Origin: Leptolyngbyaceae cyanobacterium
GTDB taxonomy: Bacteria; Cyanobacteriota; Cyanobacteriia; Phormidesmidales; Phormidesmidaceae
Direction: 5' to 3'
DNA length: 64,000 nucleotides
Assembly (NCBI GenBank): GCA_965263355.1
Contig: CBDHHL010000032.1
Location: 2,944,001 to 3,008,000, forward strand
In this document: positions 41,990-51,714 of the stretch, in pieces
Layout: each line of letters starts with the position of its first letter
How positions within the stretch are numbered: position 1 is the first letter of the stretch
The notes under the pieces: model-generated
Told to the model about the DNA's origin: nothing
Database searches by the model: none
What the model saw: the letters and a program-made list of their open reading frames with translations, nothing else
Position numbers and translations under genes: made by a program

Positions 41990-41991
41990 TC

Positions 41992-42717
41992 ATGACAGCA
42001 GTTTGTATGGTGGTCCATGCGGAAGGACCCGGAGATTTGGGAGCAACAACATGGGGCCTGTCACCCAAGGACTCATTACAATTGGATGACCTGGGTCCAG
42101 CTCATATCATCGTGCAGCGAATTTTGACTGAAGGTGCGCGAATCCCTGCACCAGCTATCGATTTTGTAGAACCACTACGGACTAAAACTGGTGCACGTGC
42201 ACATGGTAGCCAGTTATTGAAGCCCAGTGTTCTTGATGAAATTCTTGCAGCGTGGCTGCTTGCCCCGCCATTAATTGTTTTGCTTGTGGATAGTGATGAT
42301 CAGCCACCAGCAGAACGCGCTGCAATATTAGAGGCAGGGCTTGAAAGAAATTTCCTAGCTGGGGCTGTTGGTGTCGCTGTTAAGGAGTTTGAATCTTGGC
42401 TGATAGCGGATGCTAAATCTATTAGTCAGGTCATAGGTAAGGTTGGCCATAATTACCAAACTCCTGAAAGATTAGCCTGTGGTGAGGCTAAGCAGACTCT
42501 GCAGACATGGATTCAGAAAATTGCCCATCCAGCGCGTCAGCTGATTGATATCCGTCGAGAGGTCGCAACTGCCATGAACTTAGATGTGGTGGCTAATCTG
42601 TGTCCTTCCTTTAAAGCCTTTCGTCAGGCATTGTTAGCCTTGGATGTTCAGAATTCAAGACAAAATAATCTTGTCTATTCAGACTCATCTGGCAGCAAGG
42701 TTTCAATCAAGATTTGA
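41992..42717 (+). CDS. DUF4276-like TOPRIM-fold protein
   Basis: HAEGPGD, LLVDSDD, KEFESWLIAD, CPSFKAF; ATG 2 bp after the ATPase stop. Confidence 0.7.
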   Translation: MTAVCMVVHAEGPGDLGATTWGLSPKDSLQLDDLGPAHIIVQRILTEGARIPAPAIDFVEPLRTKTGARAHGSQLLKPSVLDEILAAWLLAPPLIVLLVDSDDQPPAERAAILEAGLERNFLAGAVGVAVKEFESWLIADAKSISQVIGKVGHNYQTPERLACGEAKQTLQTWIQKIAHPARQLIDIRREVATAMNLDVVANLCPSFKAFRQALLALDVQNSRQNNLVYSDSSGSKVSIKI

Positions 42718-42902
42718 GCTTGCTGCTGTTTTTCTTGTAGGAAGCTGTCGCATTTTTTTAGCTCGGTGACCGCCTTTTCAAACTGCTCAAAAATATCGGC
42801 TAAGGGCAGATCGCCGGTTTCTAAATCGTTGATGATCGCCTCAACTTTTTCGACCGAGGTTTCATAGTTCCAGGTATCAGCAGACTTTTTAGCTTTAGGC
42901 AT
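42675..42902 (-). CDS. xseB: exodeoxyribonuclease VII small subunit
   Basis: WNYETSVEKVEAIINDLETGDLPL...FEKA; ATG 42902. Confidence 0.9.
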   Translation of the reverse strand: MPKAKKSADTWNYETSVEKVEAIINDLETGDLPLADIFEQFEKAVTELKKCDSFLQEKQQQAQILIETLLPDESE

Positions 42903-43128
42903 GGTTATTGAGGCATACGGGGCTAGGGATAGTCTTGCTGACCCTAGAGCCTTTTGCAACTGGGACGTTGAGGGGGAGCTACAAAATAAAGTGTGGTTTT
43001 CAAAAAGTTGGGTGTGATTATCAGAATAAGTTCTTACTGACCGGCAGAATACAGTTGTAGTGCGATGGTTTTCGATCTCCTCTTCGAAAACACTAGTGGT
43101 TTCTTCACGATAGTTGGTCTCCCTGGTT

Positions 43129-44268
43129 ATGCAACGATTCAACAATTGGTCTAATTCCTGTTTGAAATTCTGGTTATCTGCCGGACTTAGCGTAGCGGCA
43201 CTCCTGCCAACTGTGGGTATGCCCGCCTCAGCTCAATCCGTTCAATCAGTTTCCACATCCGTCCAACTTGCTCAGGCGTATAGTTCTCTCACGCTATTGC
43301 GCAACATTCAGCATGGTCGTAATGCTACCAGGATCGCCTTTAGCCCAGATGGGCAAATGCTTGCCAGCACAGGGGGTGACGCGATGCTGCGAGTATGGGA
43401 TGTGAATGCTGCCTTACAAGGGGATGATAAGCGGTGGATCCGCCGTCTGATTGCTATTCCTGGTGCTGATCGCCACGTCACATCTATGGCCTTTAGTCCA
43501 GATAATCGCTATCTAGTGACAGGCACTTTTAATGGTGGAGTCCGGGTATGGGATCTCAATAACTGTGAACGAGATCGTCCCATATGTAGTTCTCAGCTAA
43601 TCTTGGAGCGAGATTATAGAGGTGTTGCTCCCGTGGTCAAGTTTAGCCCCACTGGTCGCTTGTTAGCGGCTAGTAACTATGACGGTACGGTCACCCTATG
43701 GAACTGGAGTAATCGCCAAGTAATTACTGTGCTGGAGCCAGAAACCGGTTCCCATACTGGTGATCGATTGGATGGACGATTTTCTTCGTTAACCTTTAGT
43801 CCCGATGAAGCCTATCTGGCCGCAGGCAGCCACGATGATTTTATTACCCTATGGAGTTTAGACCCTGAAGATGAGTATGAGCGTCTGACCACAATTGACA
43901 CCGGGAATGGGGTGGATACTGTTGCTTTTAGTCCTGATGGTGAGCTATTGGCAAGTGGCAATTTCCGAGGTGTTGAGATTCGTTCAATTCGGACCCGACG
44001 GGGCCGCTTGCAGATCAAAGACTACTCAGAACTTGAGGTTGGCAAACGGATCAATACTCTGGCGTTTTTACCCGACGGGCTGTCTCTGTTTACTGGCGAT
44101 AATGTAGAGCATGTAGGTTTATGGGATATTGAGGAGGAAGAACCCCTTGCGGTTGTTCCAGGCGATCAGCAGCATGGTCATCCAGTGTTGCAAGTAGCCA
44201 TCTCACCCTCTGGTGATCTTTTGGCCAGTGCCAGTACAAACGGTGTGATTAAATTTTGGCGTCCCTGA
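43129..44268 (+). CDS. secreted WD40-repeat protein
   Basis: Signal peptide (..MPASAQ); about seven xFSPDG...WD repeats. Confidence 0.9.
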   Translation: MQRFNNWSNSCLKFWLSAGLSVAALLPTVGMPASAQSVQSVSTSVQLAQAYSSLTLLRNIQHGRNATRIAFSPDGQMLASTGGDAMLRVWDVNAALQGDDKRWIRRLIAIPGADRHVTSMAFSPDNRYLVTGTFNGGVRVWDLNNCERDRPICSSQLILERDYRGVAPVVKFSPTGRLLAASNYDGTVTLWNWSNRQVITVLEPETGSHTGDRLDGRFSSLTFSPDEAYLAAGSHDDFITLWSLDPEDEYERLTTIDTGNGVDTVAFSPDGELLASGNFRGVEIRSIRTRRGRLQIKDYSELEVGKRINTLAFLPDGLSLFTGDNVEHVGLWDIEEEEPLAVVPGDQQHGHPVLQVAISPSGDLLASASTNGVIKFWRP

Positions 44269-44300
44269 TGCGATGGGTAGTTTTTTGAGCAGCTATAGGC

Positions 44301-45530
44301 TTAGGATGGCTGCTCAGAGATACTGATCACTTCAGCATCTATTTGGCTCTGTCCAAGATCGATGGAGATGTGGTCGCCAGGGGATAGTGTGATCGCTTGG
44401 CTGACGACGTCTCCCGATGTCTTTCTTACGAGGGCATAGCCTCGACGCAACACAGACTCAGGATCTAACGTTGCAAGTTTTTCTCTCAGTAGTTGATGTT
44501 GATGTTGTTTAGTTTTTAACTGTTGAGATATGGCCTGAATCAAACGTTGGGTTCGCCATTGCTGTGCTTGTTGTGCTTGATCTAGATTGTTCTGGGGTTG
44601 CAGCTGTTGCAGGCGCTGGTAAAGCCCCTGTAGGTTCCTTTGGTATTGCGAAAGCTGGATGTTAGTAGTTTGGATAAGGTTCTGGAGTAACTGACGTTGG
44701 GCGTAATGGAGATCACTTAGGGCCGGTACAATCGTTTCTGCGGCAGCGGTAGGGGTATGGGCACAAACGTCAGCAACGAGATCTGCGAGAGATTGGTCCC
44801 GTTCATGACCGATGCCAGTGATTACAGGAATGGGGCAGGTTGCGATCGCACGCACCACCCGTTCATCATCAAAACATACTAAATCCTCCACTGCGCCGCC
44901 GCCCCGGCCCAGTAGCAAAACATCTGCCCGACCATCAACCTTGACCTGTTCAATCGCCTGGACAATAGATTTAGGAGCCTGTTCTCCTTGCACAATGGCA
45001 GGCGATAACAATACGTTTAATCCTGGATGTCTTTGATTTAGAGTTTGTTGAATATCCCCCCAAGCTGCTGCCTGTGGTGAGGTGACCACTGCAATAAACT
45101 GAGGTAAATCAGGGAGCGCCCTTTTCCGCTCTGCCTCAAACAGCCCTTCAGCGGCAAGACGATTGCGTAGTTGACGATAGCGCAATGCCTGGAGCCCAGC
45201 TCCAGCAGGTAGCACCTGCCAGGTTGTGAGTTGATAGCTGCCACGTTTTGGATAAACCTTGAGTTGGCCCAACACCACGACCTGTTCACCCACTTTTGGG
45301 ACAACGCTGAGTTTTGGCAACTGACTGCGCCAAACTACAGCATTGAGTGTGGCCTCACCATCAGGTTCCTGCAACGAGAAAAAGCAACCGCTGCTGTGCT
45401 GGCGAGCGCTAGATACTTCGCCAATAATCCAAATATTGCGGAGGTTTTTATCGCCTTCCAGTAGCAATTGAATGTACTCGGTGACACCCGCTACACTGAC
45501 TGCCTTGAAGTCTAAAGTCTCCGTTGCCAT
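44301..45530 (-). CDS. xseA: exodeoxyribonuclease VII large subunit
   Basis: IWIIGEVS, VVTSPQAAA, GRGGG, TGIGHERD, TPTAAA. Confidence 0.96.
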   Translation of the reverse strand: MATETLDFKAVSVAGVTEYIQLLLEGDKNLRNIWIIGEVSSARQHSSGCFFSLQEPDGEATLNAVVWRSQLPKLSVVPKVGEQVVVLGQLKVYPKRGSYQLTTWQVLPAGAGLQALRYRQLRNRLAAEGLFEAERKRALPDLPQFIAVVTSPQAAAWGDIQQTLNQRHPGLNVLLSPAIVQGEQAPKSIVQAIEQVKVDGRADVLLLGRGGGAVEDLVCFDDERVVRAIATCPIPVITGIGHERDQSLADLVADVCAHTPTAAAETIVPALSDLHYAQRQLLQNLIQTTNIQLSQYQRNLQGLYQRLQQLQPQNNLDQAQQAQQWRTQRLIQAISQQLKTKQHQHQLLREKLATLDPESVLRRGYALVRKTSGDVVSQAITLSPGDHISIDLGQSQIDAEVISISEQPS

Positions 45531-45572
45531 AGATATTGTTGGATCATTTGGACAATTAAATACTATTTTTAT

Positions 45573-45586
45573 AGTACATTTGTATG
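45573..45586 (+). promoter_or_regulatory. candidate LexA box in the xseA/recA divergent promoter
   Basis: AGTACATTTGTATG, one mismatch to RGTACNNNDGTWCB. Confidence 0.55.
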
Positions 45587-45678
45587 TTGTCTGGGTATAC
45601 TTATACAGTTGGGCATGATGTGATTACAAATTCCAAACACCTGATCCAGTTCAGTAAGCTCCCATATCATGAGCTTTA

Positions 45679-45751
45679 TAAATTTCGTCCACATCCAGAA
45701 CGGTTGTTTTTCTGTAGAAAACCCTACAGGTTGCAACTTGGACGTGGTTTA
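45679..45751 (-). repeat. ~73-bp dispersed hairpin element, copy C (upstream of recA)
   Basis: Reverse complement TAAACCACGTCCAAGTTGCAACCTGTAGGGTTTTCTACAGAAAAACAACCGTTCTGGATGTGGACGAAATTTA. Confidence 0.82.
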
Positions 45752-45804
45752 ATTGCTGAACTCGGCCAACCTTATCGCTTTTATCGCTAAAACTTTTAGG
45801 CAGC

Positions 45805-46911
45805 ATGGCAAAAACATCCACCGAAAGCAATGAGCGCAAGAAAGCGCTAGATATGGTGCTCAATCAAATTGAGCGCCACTTTGGTAAAGGTACCATCATG
45901 CGCCTAGGGGATGCTCAGCGTATGAAAGTTGAGACGATCCCAACCGGGGCGATGACCCTTGATTTAGCGTTGGGCGGTGGGTTGCCTAAGGGACGTATCA
46001 TCGAAATTTATGGTCCTGAAAGTTCAGGTAAAACAACGTTAGCGCTACATGCGATCGCTGAGTCTCAAAAGCAAGGTGGAGTTGCAGCCTTTGTGGATGC
46101 CGAGCATGCCCTTGACCCAGTATATGCGGCTGCCCTCGGTGTGAATATTGATGACTTACTTGTTTCCCAGCCTGATACTGGGGAAGCAGCGTTAGAAATC
46201 GTGGATCAGCTAGTGCGCTCCTCTGCCATTGATTTAGTGGTGATCGATTCCGTAGCTGCGTTAGTACCCCGAGCCGAAATTGAAGGGGAAATGGGCGATT
46301 CCCATGTAGGCTTGCAGGCCCGTCTGATGAGTCAAGCCCTACGCAAAATTACCGGTAATATCGGTAAGTCTGGTTGTACTGTTATTTTTCTCAACCAGCT
46401 TCGTCTAAAGATCGGGGTTACCTATGGTAATCCTGAGACAACTACAGGAGGAAATGCGCTGAAGTTTTATGCATCGGTGCGATTGGATATTCGTCGTATT
46501 CAAACCCTGAAAAAAGGTAACGATCAGTTTGGTATTCGTGCCAAAGTAAAAGTTGCTAAAAATAAGATCGCGCCGCCCTTTAAGATTGGTGAATTTGACA
46601 TCATTTTTGGTGAAGGCATCTCTACGCTGGGTTGCATTGTCGATCTTGCAGAAGAAAATAGCATTCTGACCCGTAAAGGAGCCTGGTATAGCTATAAGGG
46701 TGACAATATTAGCCAAGGGCGTGACAATGCCATTCGCTACTTGGTTGATAACCCAGACGTAGCTACTGAAATTGAACAGCAGCTACGTCAAGCGCTACAA
46801 ATTGGTGATGTAAGCGCTCCTAACACCGATAGCACCGATAGCACCGATAGCGATAATGAAGAACCAGTGGCAGAACCGCCAAAGAGTTCTTCTAAAAAGA
46901 GCAAATCCTAG
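45805..46911 (+). CDS. recA: recombinase RecA
   Basis: [36 protein letters not shown]; no intein. Confidence 0.99.
   Translation: MAKTSTESNERKKALDMVLNQIERHFGKGTIMRLGDAQRMKVETIPTGAMTLDLALGGGLPKGRIIEIYGPESSGKTTLALHAIAESQKQGGVAAFVDAEHALDPVYAAALGVNIDDLLVSQPDTGEAALEIVDQLVRSSAIDLVVIDSVAALVPRAEIEGEMGDSHVGLQARLMSQALRKITGNIGKSGCTVIFLNQLRLKIGVTYGNPETTTGGNALKFYASVRLDIRRIQTLKKGNDQFGIRAKVKVAKNKIAPPFKIGEFDIIFGEGISTLGCIVDLAEENSILTRKGAWYSYKGDNISQGRDNAIRYLVDNPDVATEIEQQLRQALQIGDVSAPNTDSTDSTDSDNEEPVAEPPKSSSKKSKS
46824..46850 (+). repeat. 9-bp tandem repeat in the recA C-terminal tail
   Basis: CACCGATAG x3 encoding TDS-TDS-TDS. Confidence 0.85.
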
Positions 46912-47000
46912 AGAGGTATTAGGTTTTACCCATTGTCGTTAATAGGCAAATCTAGGCAGGTTATTTGCTGTCTATCACAGTAACTTGTGGTGGGGAAGGG

Positions 47001-47576
47001 CTAATGCAAGGTTCTGTCACCGTTTGCATCATCACCTATGGGACTATATGCTGGCTCGATTGGGTCAGCTTGATTGCTACATTGGAAGAAATGGAATAAA
47101 GAGCTACCAATACGAATACGATCACCATCACGTAGGGCGTATACTCTTTGCAATTTTTCTCCATTGACGTAGGTGCCATTGGTACTTTCTAGATCAGAGA
47201 TGATAAATCCCTGTTTAGCAATGTATTGTAATGCGGCGTGGCATCTAGATAACCGTCTATCTGCTATAGCAATGTCTGATTGACGAGGATCTCGACCAAT
47301 TGTCCATAGACCATCTTTGGAATAAAAGCGTTTGGATGCGCCGGTTGCTAAGTTGCTAATAATGTAAACAAGCTGCTCGTCAATTATCCCTTGAATGTAG
47401 TGTGAAATCTGTACTGCAGGATGAGCATTAATGGCAAGCATGTCATCTAATAGCTCACGGTCGTGTTCATATAGTTTAGAGAATGCTGTAAATAAACCTA
47501 GCTTCGCTTTTGCGTTGTCTTCGTCTTCGCCAGAGAACGTCATACGATATTCAGCTAGGTTTTTTGGATAAGCCAT
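47001..47576 (-). CDS. FHA domain protein
   Basis: WTIGRD, LSRCHA, DLESTNGTYVNG, LRDGDRIRIG. Confidence 0.9.
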   Translation of the reverse strand: MAYPKNLAEYRMTFSGEDEDNAKAKLGLFTAFSKLYEHDRELLDDMLAINAHPAVQISHYIQGIIDEQLVYIISNLATGASKRFYSKDGLWTIGRDPRQSDIAIADRRLSRCHAALQYIAKQGFIISDLESTNGTYVNGEKLQRVYALRDGDRIRIGSSLFHFFQCSNQADPIEPAYSPIGDDANGDRTLH

Positions 47577-47859
47577 AAAAGTTCAAATAGAACGTTTAGT
47601 TTGAGCCCGCTTAATTCAGTGACGATATGGATTCAAAAAATGAATCTTCAGCTCCAGTATTCGTCAGCATTTAGGTAACGTGGGACACATTATGATATTT
47701 CTATAAAACTTTGAACTGCGTAGAAAATATTGTAAAAGAATAATTGATTTTCCGGATAATTACACTTAAAAGGTGAAGCTAATTTTTCTTTGGCCGTATG
47801 ATTTTTTGGCAAAGGCACTAATCAGTTGTTTTCAGGATTGTTTTGATTGGTAAAAAACT

Positions 47860-48762
47860 TTATTGAGCGGGCGTAGGACTCGCTAAAAACTGCATTAGTT
47901 CACGATTCACACTACTGGGAGCTTCTTGCTGAATCCAATGGCCACAGTCAGGAATCGAGCGCTTAATATAACTTGTGCTCGATAGTGTCTGCGGAAAACC
48001 ACCTGGTACCAAGTGGTCCTCTTCACCCCACATAAATAGTGTGGGTGATGTCAAAGGTAACGTGGACAAACGTGATGGACTGAACCAACTATTAGTCCAG
48101 TCATTCAAACTAAAGCAATGGCGAACATGTTGTAACACTGCAGGTATAACGCCTGGTTTTTGAAGAGCAGCTTGATATAAATCAGTATTTGCTTGGGTAA
48201 AGGCACTTTTCCTAACAGACTGTTGTTGGAAAAGATAAGTGAGTAATGAGGGTAAATGATCTTTTATCAGCCACTGAGGTAACCCTGGAGTTTGCAAGGC
48301 TAACAGGTGCCAGTTACGTTGTAAGTGTTCCCAACTGTTGGAGAGACCGTGGCTAAGAGCAGTTTGCCAGCGCTGAGGTGTACTCAGTACGGCTAATTTA
48401 TCTACGCTATTAGGAAAACGCCTTGCTAAGTTCCAGGCAATAGTGCCACCCCAGTCATGACCCACAATATGAGCTTTTTGGTAACCTAACGTGTGGATTA
48501 AGGCATGGATGTCAGCGCTTAAGGTATCCAGGTCATAACCACTATGGGGCTTATCAGAATCGTTATAGCCGCGTAAGTCAGGGACGACTACCTTGAAGTT
48601 ACGAGATAGGTGCGGTAGCTGATGACGCCAAGAATACCAAAATTCAAACAGACCGTGGAGCAAGATTAAGAGCTTACCATTGCCTTGAGTCACATAATGG
48701 AGCTGCACCGAATTTGCTTTAACGTACCTATGTTTCCAACTCAAAAATGCGGCTCCAACCAA
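47860..48762 (-). CDS. alpha/beta hydrolase (epoxide hydrolase-like)
   Basis: LLHGLFEFWYSWRHQ, DLRGYN, GHDWGG, CGHW. Confidence 0.9.
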   Translation of the reverse strand: MVGAAFLSWKHRYVKANSVQLHYVTQGNGKLLILLHGLFEFWYSWRHQLPHLSRNFKVVVPDLRGYNDSDKPHSGYDLDTLSADIHALIHTLGYQKAHIVGHDWGGTIAWNLARRFPNSVDKLAVLSTPQRWQTALSHGLSNSWEHLQRNWHLLALQTPGLPQWLIKDHLPSLLTYLFQQQSVRKSAFTQANTDLYQAALQKPGVIPAVLQHVRHCFSLNDWTNSWFSPSRLSTLPLTSPTLFMWGEEDHLVPGGFPQTLSSTSYIKRSIPDCGHWIQQEAPSSVNRELMQFLASPTPAQ

Positions 48763-48853
48763 ATAACGAACATAGTGACCCTTAGTGAATTAGCTGTCAC
48801 TTTCAAATATTGTGCACTAAAAGTCGCAAATCACGACTGGCCCATGTGTGTAC

Positions 48854-49195
48854 CTATGCAGAACGATAGGCGACCTGGTATTCAATAGGTTGAATACGAT
48901 ACTTAACTAGATTAGCTAGTTCTTGAAGCTGATTAATTGCCTCAGCACCTTCCAATTTCATCAGCTCACGATCATCACGCATTTCTGTCCACGTGATGCC
49001 ATAATCTGAGACCAAGAAACGGATCAAATGGTCATTGCCTAAACTGACCATAAACGAAGCACTATTAAGCTGATCACCGCAAGTGTAACAGGACGCTAAG
49101 TACCCTTGATTCTCAAGGACAATTGCGAGTGCTTTTAGATTTAGGACCAAATCTTTTACGAATTGGCGGTGCTGCTCTGCAAGTCGAACAAACAT
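48854..49195 (-). CDS. DUF1815 family protein
   Basis: MFVRLAEQHRQFVKDLV...ASCYTC...RFLVSDYGITWTE. Confidence 0.88.
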   Translation of the reverse strand: MFVRLAEQHRQFVKDLVLNLKALAIVLENQGYLASCYTCGDQLNSASFMVSLGNDHLIRFLVSDYGITWTEMRDDRELMKLEGAEAINQLQELANLVKYRIQPIEYQVAYRSA

Positions 49196-49706
49196 TTGCG
49201 TTCTCCTTTCCACCGGTCACATTGTAATGGTGTATTTTAAGTTTTGCTTAATATTTTTTTATAAACTCTTCTATTAGCTCCTCTTAACCTTCAGCTTAGA
49301 TAGAGCTAATTCAGGTCAAAAATGATTAATATTACGTACATGAGTGTCTGCAAACTAAAACTAAGTTGAATACGATGTACAGGAAAGTCTGCCACCTTGA
49401 ATACTGCAATCGGTGAAAGTTTCCTAAAGACCGACTTTGGAAGTACTTTTATTCAAACTACCCATCTCAATAGAATGAGACGATATTCGTGTTGAAAACA
49501 CTCCTAGGAACTTAAAAAAAGTATAAGTAAAACTTTTATCAATGATTTGAATAAGGCCAGAACAACCTGATTGATTGCTCGGTTAATAAATCATGACATT
49601 AGCAATACCATAGCTACCTTAAGCCTATCTGTCTACGAAAGGAGTCTTCTTTGTAACGGTTTTTCTAAAAATGAATATTTACTGAGTATAGATTGTAACT
49701 CAAGAT

Positions 49707-49922
49707 TTACTTAGCTAATGTCCACCAGCCAAAGGCTGGGCCGATAAATCTGACGGTTAGCCACAGCATGATCATAAGAACGATACCAGCCCAGGCACCG
49801 CGTGTACTCCAGGTCATGAAATCCTGAGATTGCTTTTTGGTGATGGGAAGCCAAGGCAAGATGCGTTCAGGCTGCCCATAGTCCCTGCCAAGTTTTGCCT
49901 GTCGTCGCTTTGCTTCTCCCAT
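49707..49922 (-). CDS. DUF2839 family protein
   Basis: MGEAKRR...TVRFIGPAFGWW. Confidence 0.88.
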   Translation of the reverse strand: MGEAKRRQAKLGRDYGQPERILPWLPITKKQSQDFMTWSTRGAWAGIVLMIMLWLTVRFIGPAFGWWTLAK

Positions 49923-49968
49923 GGTGTCCTGTTGGCTTCTTTTTTAAGGTTATTTGAATTGAGACTTA

Positions 49969-51537
49969 TTATAACGTTTGGTTTATCGGTGCTAGCCAGC
50001 TTGGATCGATGTAAGCGCTTTGGGCAATGGGGTTTAGGGTTTTTAAAATAGTTCGTCCGTAGCTACGATGATTAACCCTGTTATCGAGTAAGGCGACTTT
50101 GCCTTGTTGGGAGCTAATAGGGGCGATCGCAAGCTGCAGAGTTTGCAAAGCTGTGGGCAATAGAAATAGGCGAAACCAGTCCTGCTTATGACGTTTGTAA
50201 TAGGCTACCTGTCCAGCAACCAGAGGGTTTTCAAGGGACGGGATCGGTAGAGTAGTAATAATTAATAATCCTGGTGCAGGGCAGCGGAGGCGATAGTCAT
50301 CCCAAAACTCCCAGCCGGTTACTAAAATACCATTTGGATGAAGCTCAGGCCGTTCTACTTGTACTCGGGAGCCATATTCTGCGGCTAAAATCGAGCCAAT
50401 TTGGGCTTTAAGCGGGTTGTCACCAATTAAAATCACCGTTGGTTGGGTGTGAGTTTCCGGTAACTGCAGCAGGTTGCGAATCTCTTGCAAAATTGCACTG
50501 GGAAACCGATTACTATTTGGCATCGGTAATTGATCGGGAGCATAGAGTTGAATACCATCCTGTTGTCGATCGGGAGTAAATTTGAGACAGGTGAGATCGT
50601 TTAAACCTAAACGTTGGCGATAATTTTCAGCCCGTCTTTCTTCATCGACCGCTGCACCAATCAAAACAACTGGCTGCCGTTCCCAGATCGGCTTTAAGAT
50701 CTCCGCCAAATTGACTGGTGCACATTGCAACGTTAGTTGCCCTGATTCACGGTTAAGCTGTAACCATGTCATGCCGTCATCTTGAAGGACTACCTGGTAC
50801 CGAAATTGCTTCCAGGCGCTGGGTAGGGCGTCTAGCCCTAAGGGTGTCTCTGCCAGAAAATCATAGAGTTGTGTTAACAGAGCATATTCGTCGGCATCCG
50901 CAAGATAGCAGCTGTAAGGGTTGGCTGGGTGTTGAAAGGCCAGGTGGGTCAGTTGGACCCGTAAATCACGAATGGTATGTTGTTGTGAGGGATATGCCAA
51001 GCCCAATTGATGCCAATCTGCATCATCAATGCTGCAGGTCAGTTCGGTGCGTGCCCAATCGACTAAGGGATCCATGCCGTCGATCAAGGTAACAATGTTG
51101 GGTGGGAAGGTGGGTGAATGGGACCGGCATTGGTGGGATGAGGCCGTTACTCTGAGCTGAGCTGATAACCAAGCGCTAGGAGTGGTGATTAAAATGCCTT
51201 GGAAGGCCTCCCCTGGCCAATACTTCCCAATTTGAATAGACTTAACCGTTGGTAACGTTTGGAGTAACGTTGGTATCTCATCCTGGACTAGCTGTTGATG
51301 GATAGTATGGGGGACCACCAAAATGATGGGGCCAGGCCAGACCAGGGCAGGCATCAAGTAACTTAATCGATAGCGGCCTCGATAGGCAGCGGTGCTACCG
51401 GTTTGAAGGAGAGCGCTGCGACCTAGCCTGAGGGCTCTGGCTACCAACCGTGCCATGGTCAAATGGTGAGGCCACTGAGTGTGGCCCTGCTGGCGTAGAA
51501 ACTCTCGAAGTAGCTGGTGAACCTCTGCCTCAATCAC
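49969..51537 (-). CDS. DinG-like helicase C-terminal domain protein (degenerate motifs)
   Basis: MIEAEVH, WPHHLTMARLVARALR, LPIPSLENPLV, LLDNRVNHRSYG. Confidence 0.82.
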   Translation of the reverse strand: MIEAEVHQLLREFLRQQGHTQWPHHLTMARLVARALRLGRSALLQTGSTAAYRGRYRLSYLMPALVWPGPIILVVPHTIHQQLVQDEIPTLLQTLPTVKSIQIGKYWPGEAFQGILITTPSAWLSAQLRVTASSHQCRSHSPTFPPNIVTLIDGMDPLVDWARTELTCSIDDADWHQLGLAYPSQQHTIRDLRVQLTHLAFQHPANPYSCYLADADEYALLTQLYDFLAETPLGLDALPSAWKQFRYQVVLQDDGMTWLQLNRESGQLTLQCAPVNLAEILKPIWERQPVVLIGAAVDEERRAENYRQRLGLNDLTCLKFTPDRQQDGIQLYAPDQLPMPNSNRFPSAILQEIRNLLQLPETHTQPTVILIGDNPLKAQIGSILAAEYGSRVQVERPELHPNGILVTGWEFWDDYRLRCPAPGLLIITTLPIPSLENPLVAGQVAYYKRHKQDWFRLFLLPTALQTLQLAIAPISSQQGKVALLDNRVNHRSYGRTILKTLNPIAQSAYIDPSWLAPINQTL

Positions 51538-51714
51538 GAGTGATGTGATGCTTGTGAATACTTGAATCCCTTAGCTAAGCCCCGAAGACATGGCTAAGTT
51601 GTGTGTTTCATTGTGACATACTCCCCTGGGGTGTTCGGTTGATCGCTGACAGATAGATTTCCAACTGGTGATGGTCGATACTCCTTGTACAGTCATAATC
51701 TTAAGTCTCTTACT

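Noticed and set aside
42903..43145. 156-aa version of XseB
   Set aside because: XseB similarity covers only the last 75 aa; the extension overlaps the WD40 gene start
45584..45863. Short ORFs in the recA promoter region
   Set aside because: They translate the hairpin repeat and overlap recA; similar peptides arise from the other repeat copies (28195-28416, 29328-29510, 62036-62227)
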